Positions 61,020-64,000 of a DNA stretch of 64,000 bases are shown here, piece by piece. The stretch's first letter is position 1; each line of letters begins with the position of its first letter. The translations under genes and the position numbers were made by a program. A model generated the notes under the pieces. That model was not told the origin of the DNA. It ran no database searches and saw only the letters and a program-made list of their open reading frames with translations. The stretch is from Octopus vulgaris (Eukaryota): positions 41,168,001-41,232,000 of the forward strand of contig OX597833.1 in NCBI GenBank assembly GCA_951406725.2. Direction: 5' to 3'.

Positions 61020-62725
61020 TAATGAGTAAAGTGTTAGGGAAAATGCCGAATTGGAAGGGTCCGAGACCAGATTTAGTTCAAGGGTACTGGCTAAAGAAAT
61101 TCAGTAGTTTACATGGGAGGCTGAGGGAACAACTTCAGGGTTGCATTGATGGAGAGGGAGGACAATACTCATTATGAAGCTGTTAACAAGAATGCTTTCA
61201 GAAAGCATTTACAAGCATCTTGAGAACCAGAATTTACTACCAGAAGAACAGAAATGTTGCAGGAAGAAGGCTAGAGAAACACATGATCTATTATACATAG
61301 ACAAAGCAATTCTAAATGAAGTAAAAGCTAGGAAGGAAAATCTAACAATAGCATGGATAAATTATAGGAAAGTCTATGACATGATCCTGCACTCATGGAT
61401 AAGTGAATGTTTGAGTATATTCAGTATAACAGACAACATAAGAGAATTAATTAGCTTTAGCATGAAGAAATGGAAAGTAGATCTCTACTCAGGTGACAGT
61501 CTTAGGGAAAATTAATATCAAAAGAGGAATTTTCCAAGGGGTCTCGTTGTCCCCTTTAATATTTGTCTTATGTTCAATCCCCCTCTGTTTAGTATTAAGG
61601 AAGGCAAAGGCAGTTTATCAGTTCAGAAATAGTATTGGAAATATTAACCATTTGCTCTGCATGGATGATCTGAAGCTTTTTAGTAAAAATGAAAAAGAGA
61701 TAGATTCCTTGATACAGACTGTAAGACTCTTCAGCAAAGATATAGGCATGGAACTTGGCGTAGACAAGTGTGCAATATTAGTCATGAGAAGGGGACAGCC
61801 AAGGCATCCAATTACCAGATGGCCAGACATTAAAATCATTGAAAGGAGGAGAGAGTTATGAGTATCTTGGAGTATTACAATGTGACAGAGTATTAACTAC
61901 AGAAAGGAAAACGAAAATTGAGGAGTACATCAGAAGAGTGAGGAAGCTAATGGAAGGCTGTAAATACTTAGATACGCAGCAGCTTTTGTAAATTGGACAA
62001 AAAGCTAGTCAGAAGAACTAGGAAGGAATTCAATATGAGTAGCAAGATTATACCTGCCTAGAAAGGAAGGTGGAAGAGGGTTAATATCAGTTGAAGACTC
62101 TGTGGAGTTAGCTAGAGTAGATATAGACTCCTATGTAGGTAACAGTGAAGCAAGTTTATTAGAAGCTGATAGAGCCACAACAAGACATAGAGAAACCAAA
62201 ACACCAAACGAACTTAAAAACCAGAAGAAAGGACAGGAATTATCTGACTGGTAGGAGAAGGCGTTACATGGTAGATTCTCAAAGATAGTTTCAGCAAATA
62301 GTAGTAGTGAGACATGGTTATGGCTGCAGAAAGGAAAGCTGAAGAGGGAGACAGAAAGTTTGTTAGTAGCTGCATAAGATCAAGCATTAAGAACTAATTG
62401 TATAAAAGCCAAAATAGACAAAAACCAAGTAGATTCCCAATGTAGATTATGTAAATCAAAAGACGAAGGCGTTACTCATATAGTAAGTGAATGTAGCTTA
62501 CTGGCACAGAAAAAATACAAGAAAAGACATGACAATCTAGGGAGAGCAATCCACTGGGAGTTATGTAGAAAGCTAGGATTTGAACATATTGATAAATGGT
62601 GTGAACATGAACCTAGTAAAGTACTAGAAAGTAAGAAATACAAGATGTAGAACTTTAACATTCAGAATAACTAATAGAAGCTAGAAGGCCTGATTTGGTA
62701 GTAGTAGATAAAGAGAATAGAACGA
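61020..62725 (+). pseudogene. R4/Dong-like LINE ORF (RT + CCHC + start of RLE), decayed
   Basis: MPNWK.P.PD.VQG.WLK, AWI.Y.K.YD...HSWI, GIFQG.SLSPL.F, HLL.MDDLKL, CRLC.....THIVSEC, RHD, RPDL. Confidence 0.88.
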
Positions 62726-63399
62726 TTGGGCAAGTTGTATCAAATTAATGATATAACATGGAAATACAAGTTGCCAAAATTCATCAGTGAAAATCCGAAA
62801 AAATTTTTGACTCAGACTGGTATATAACAAAATTGTTCCTATTACAGCTCGCAGTTTATGTTTAAGGGCAATTAACTAGGTAGGGAACGAGGATATCTGT
62901 ACTAAGAAAAATAATGGATTTTTAATTTTACAAATTCATAGATACGCAAACTTAAATTTCTATTTTGGTCTAAATCTTAAACCATATTTTATTCCCATAC
63001 GGATTTTTTGAGATTGTTAATCAGCAGGTGGTTTCAAGCTTGAATGCTGGCAAGTGCTTTTCGCACTCCTGAAATAGAAGGAGGGAGATTTAACCCATCA
63101 AAATTTAAGTACCATTGCCAGTTCTGGGAGCCTAGCTACTTGATCTTTTTTCATATCTTATTTAGTGCTTCTAGATCCCAAACGTTAGCAACACTAAACT
63201 TTTCTTCGGTTTCATATAAACACAAAAAAAAACCAGACAGACGGACGGACGGACAAACCGATGAACGGACGGACAAACCGATGAACGGACGGACAGACAG
63301 ACAAACGAACGGAAGGACGGACGGTAGAGAGGTGGGGCAAGGTAGTAGGTTCACTAACTAATATTTCTACTAGAGTCCAGCCTAGAGATTAACAATATT

Positions 63400-63560
63400 T
63401 ATTTCTTTATTGCCCACAGGGGGCTAAACATAGAGGGGACAAACAAAGGGATTAAGTCGATTACATTGACCCCAGTGCTCAACTGGTACTTATTTAATCG
63501 TCCCCGAAAGGATGAAAGGCAAAGTCGACCTCGGCGGAATTTGAACTCAGACGAAATACT
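63400..63560 (-). mobile_element. SINE family A body
   Basis: Reverse complement of the family A body. Confidence 0.8.
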
Positions 63561-63943
63561 GCTAAGAGATTGAACACGAACCATCGAAGAAGCTTGTATA
63601 AGGTCATTTGATACACTAGAAATAACAACCAAATCTTCCTGAAATTACAATAACATTAAATACACGGACGATAAAAAATTTTCTTTGCACATGTTGTCCC
63701 TGTTCGTTTGCCAAGCACTTTACAGTGTATACCGGATACATTTTTATCGTGGCACTTGGTCTAGAGAAGCTGCTTTGTCCCCTGCAAGATTAATAAATCT
63801 ATACTCTCTACCCTATACTGAGTTCGTTCGTTAAAGTGATGGTTCTCAATCTTTTCGAATGAAACGCACTGGAGATCAATTTTTGTCCCTTAATTCCGAT
63901 GATGCACAGACATGCAGATGTCTCAATTTCATGTTATTTCTAA

Positions 63944-64000
63944 GGCGGCGAGCTGGCAGAAACATTAGCACGCCGGGCGAAATGCTTAGCGGTATTTCGT
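63944..64000 (+). mobile_element. SINE family A head (runs off the window)
   Basis: GGCGGCGAGCTGGCAGAAAC.TTAGCACGCCGGGCG. Confidence 0.8.

Overview
This is AT-rich eukaryotic repeat DNA, almost certainly an octopus or other coleoid cephalopod. That is inferred from dense (TA)n, (TACA)n, (TAGA)n, (CA)n and (ATT)n microsatellites plus multi-copy tRNA-derived SINEs. No convincing host protein-coding gene was found, and most predicted ORFs are microsatellite translations. Real coding content is transposon-derived: two 5'-truncated Penelope-like elements (RT + GIY-YIG, Naiad-like motifs) with inverted pseudo-LTRs, a decayed Tigger/pogo, mariner and Tc1 fragments, and CR1/L2-, RTE- and R4/Dong-like LINE fragments. 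There are also non-autonomous Helitrons and a TIR MITE carrying telomere-type CCCTAA repeats. At least nine unrelated sequence families of type I hammerhead ribozyme (HHR) motifs are readable by eye, mostly in short elements sitting in (TA)n, often as inverted pairs. The most unusual object is a ~750-nt non-coding element at 50925-51671. It folds into a ~300-bp imperfect rod with a branched tip and carries an HHR in one arm, so it looks like a retrozyme or viroid-like RNA. A 3.6-3.9 kb inverted segmental duplication (21.7-25.3 kb vs 43.6-47.5 kb) holds a near-invariant 75-aa ORF that may be an orphan microprotein or a piggyBac relic.
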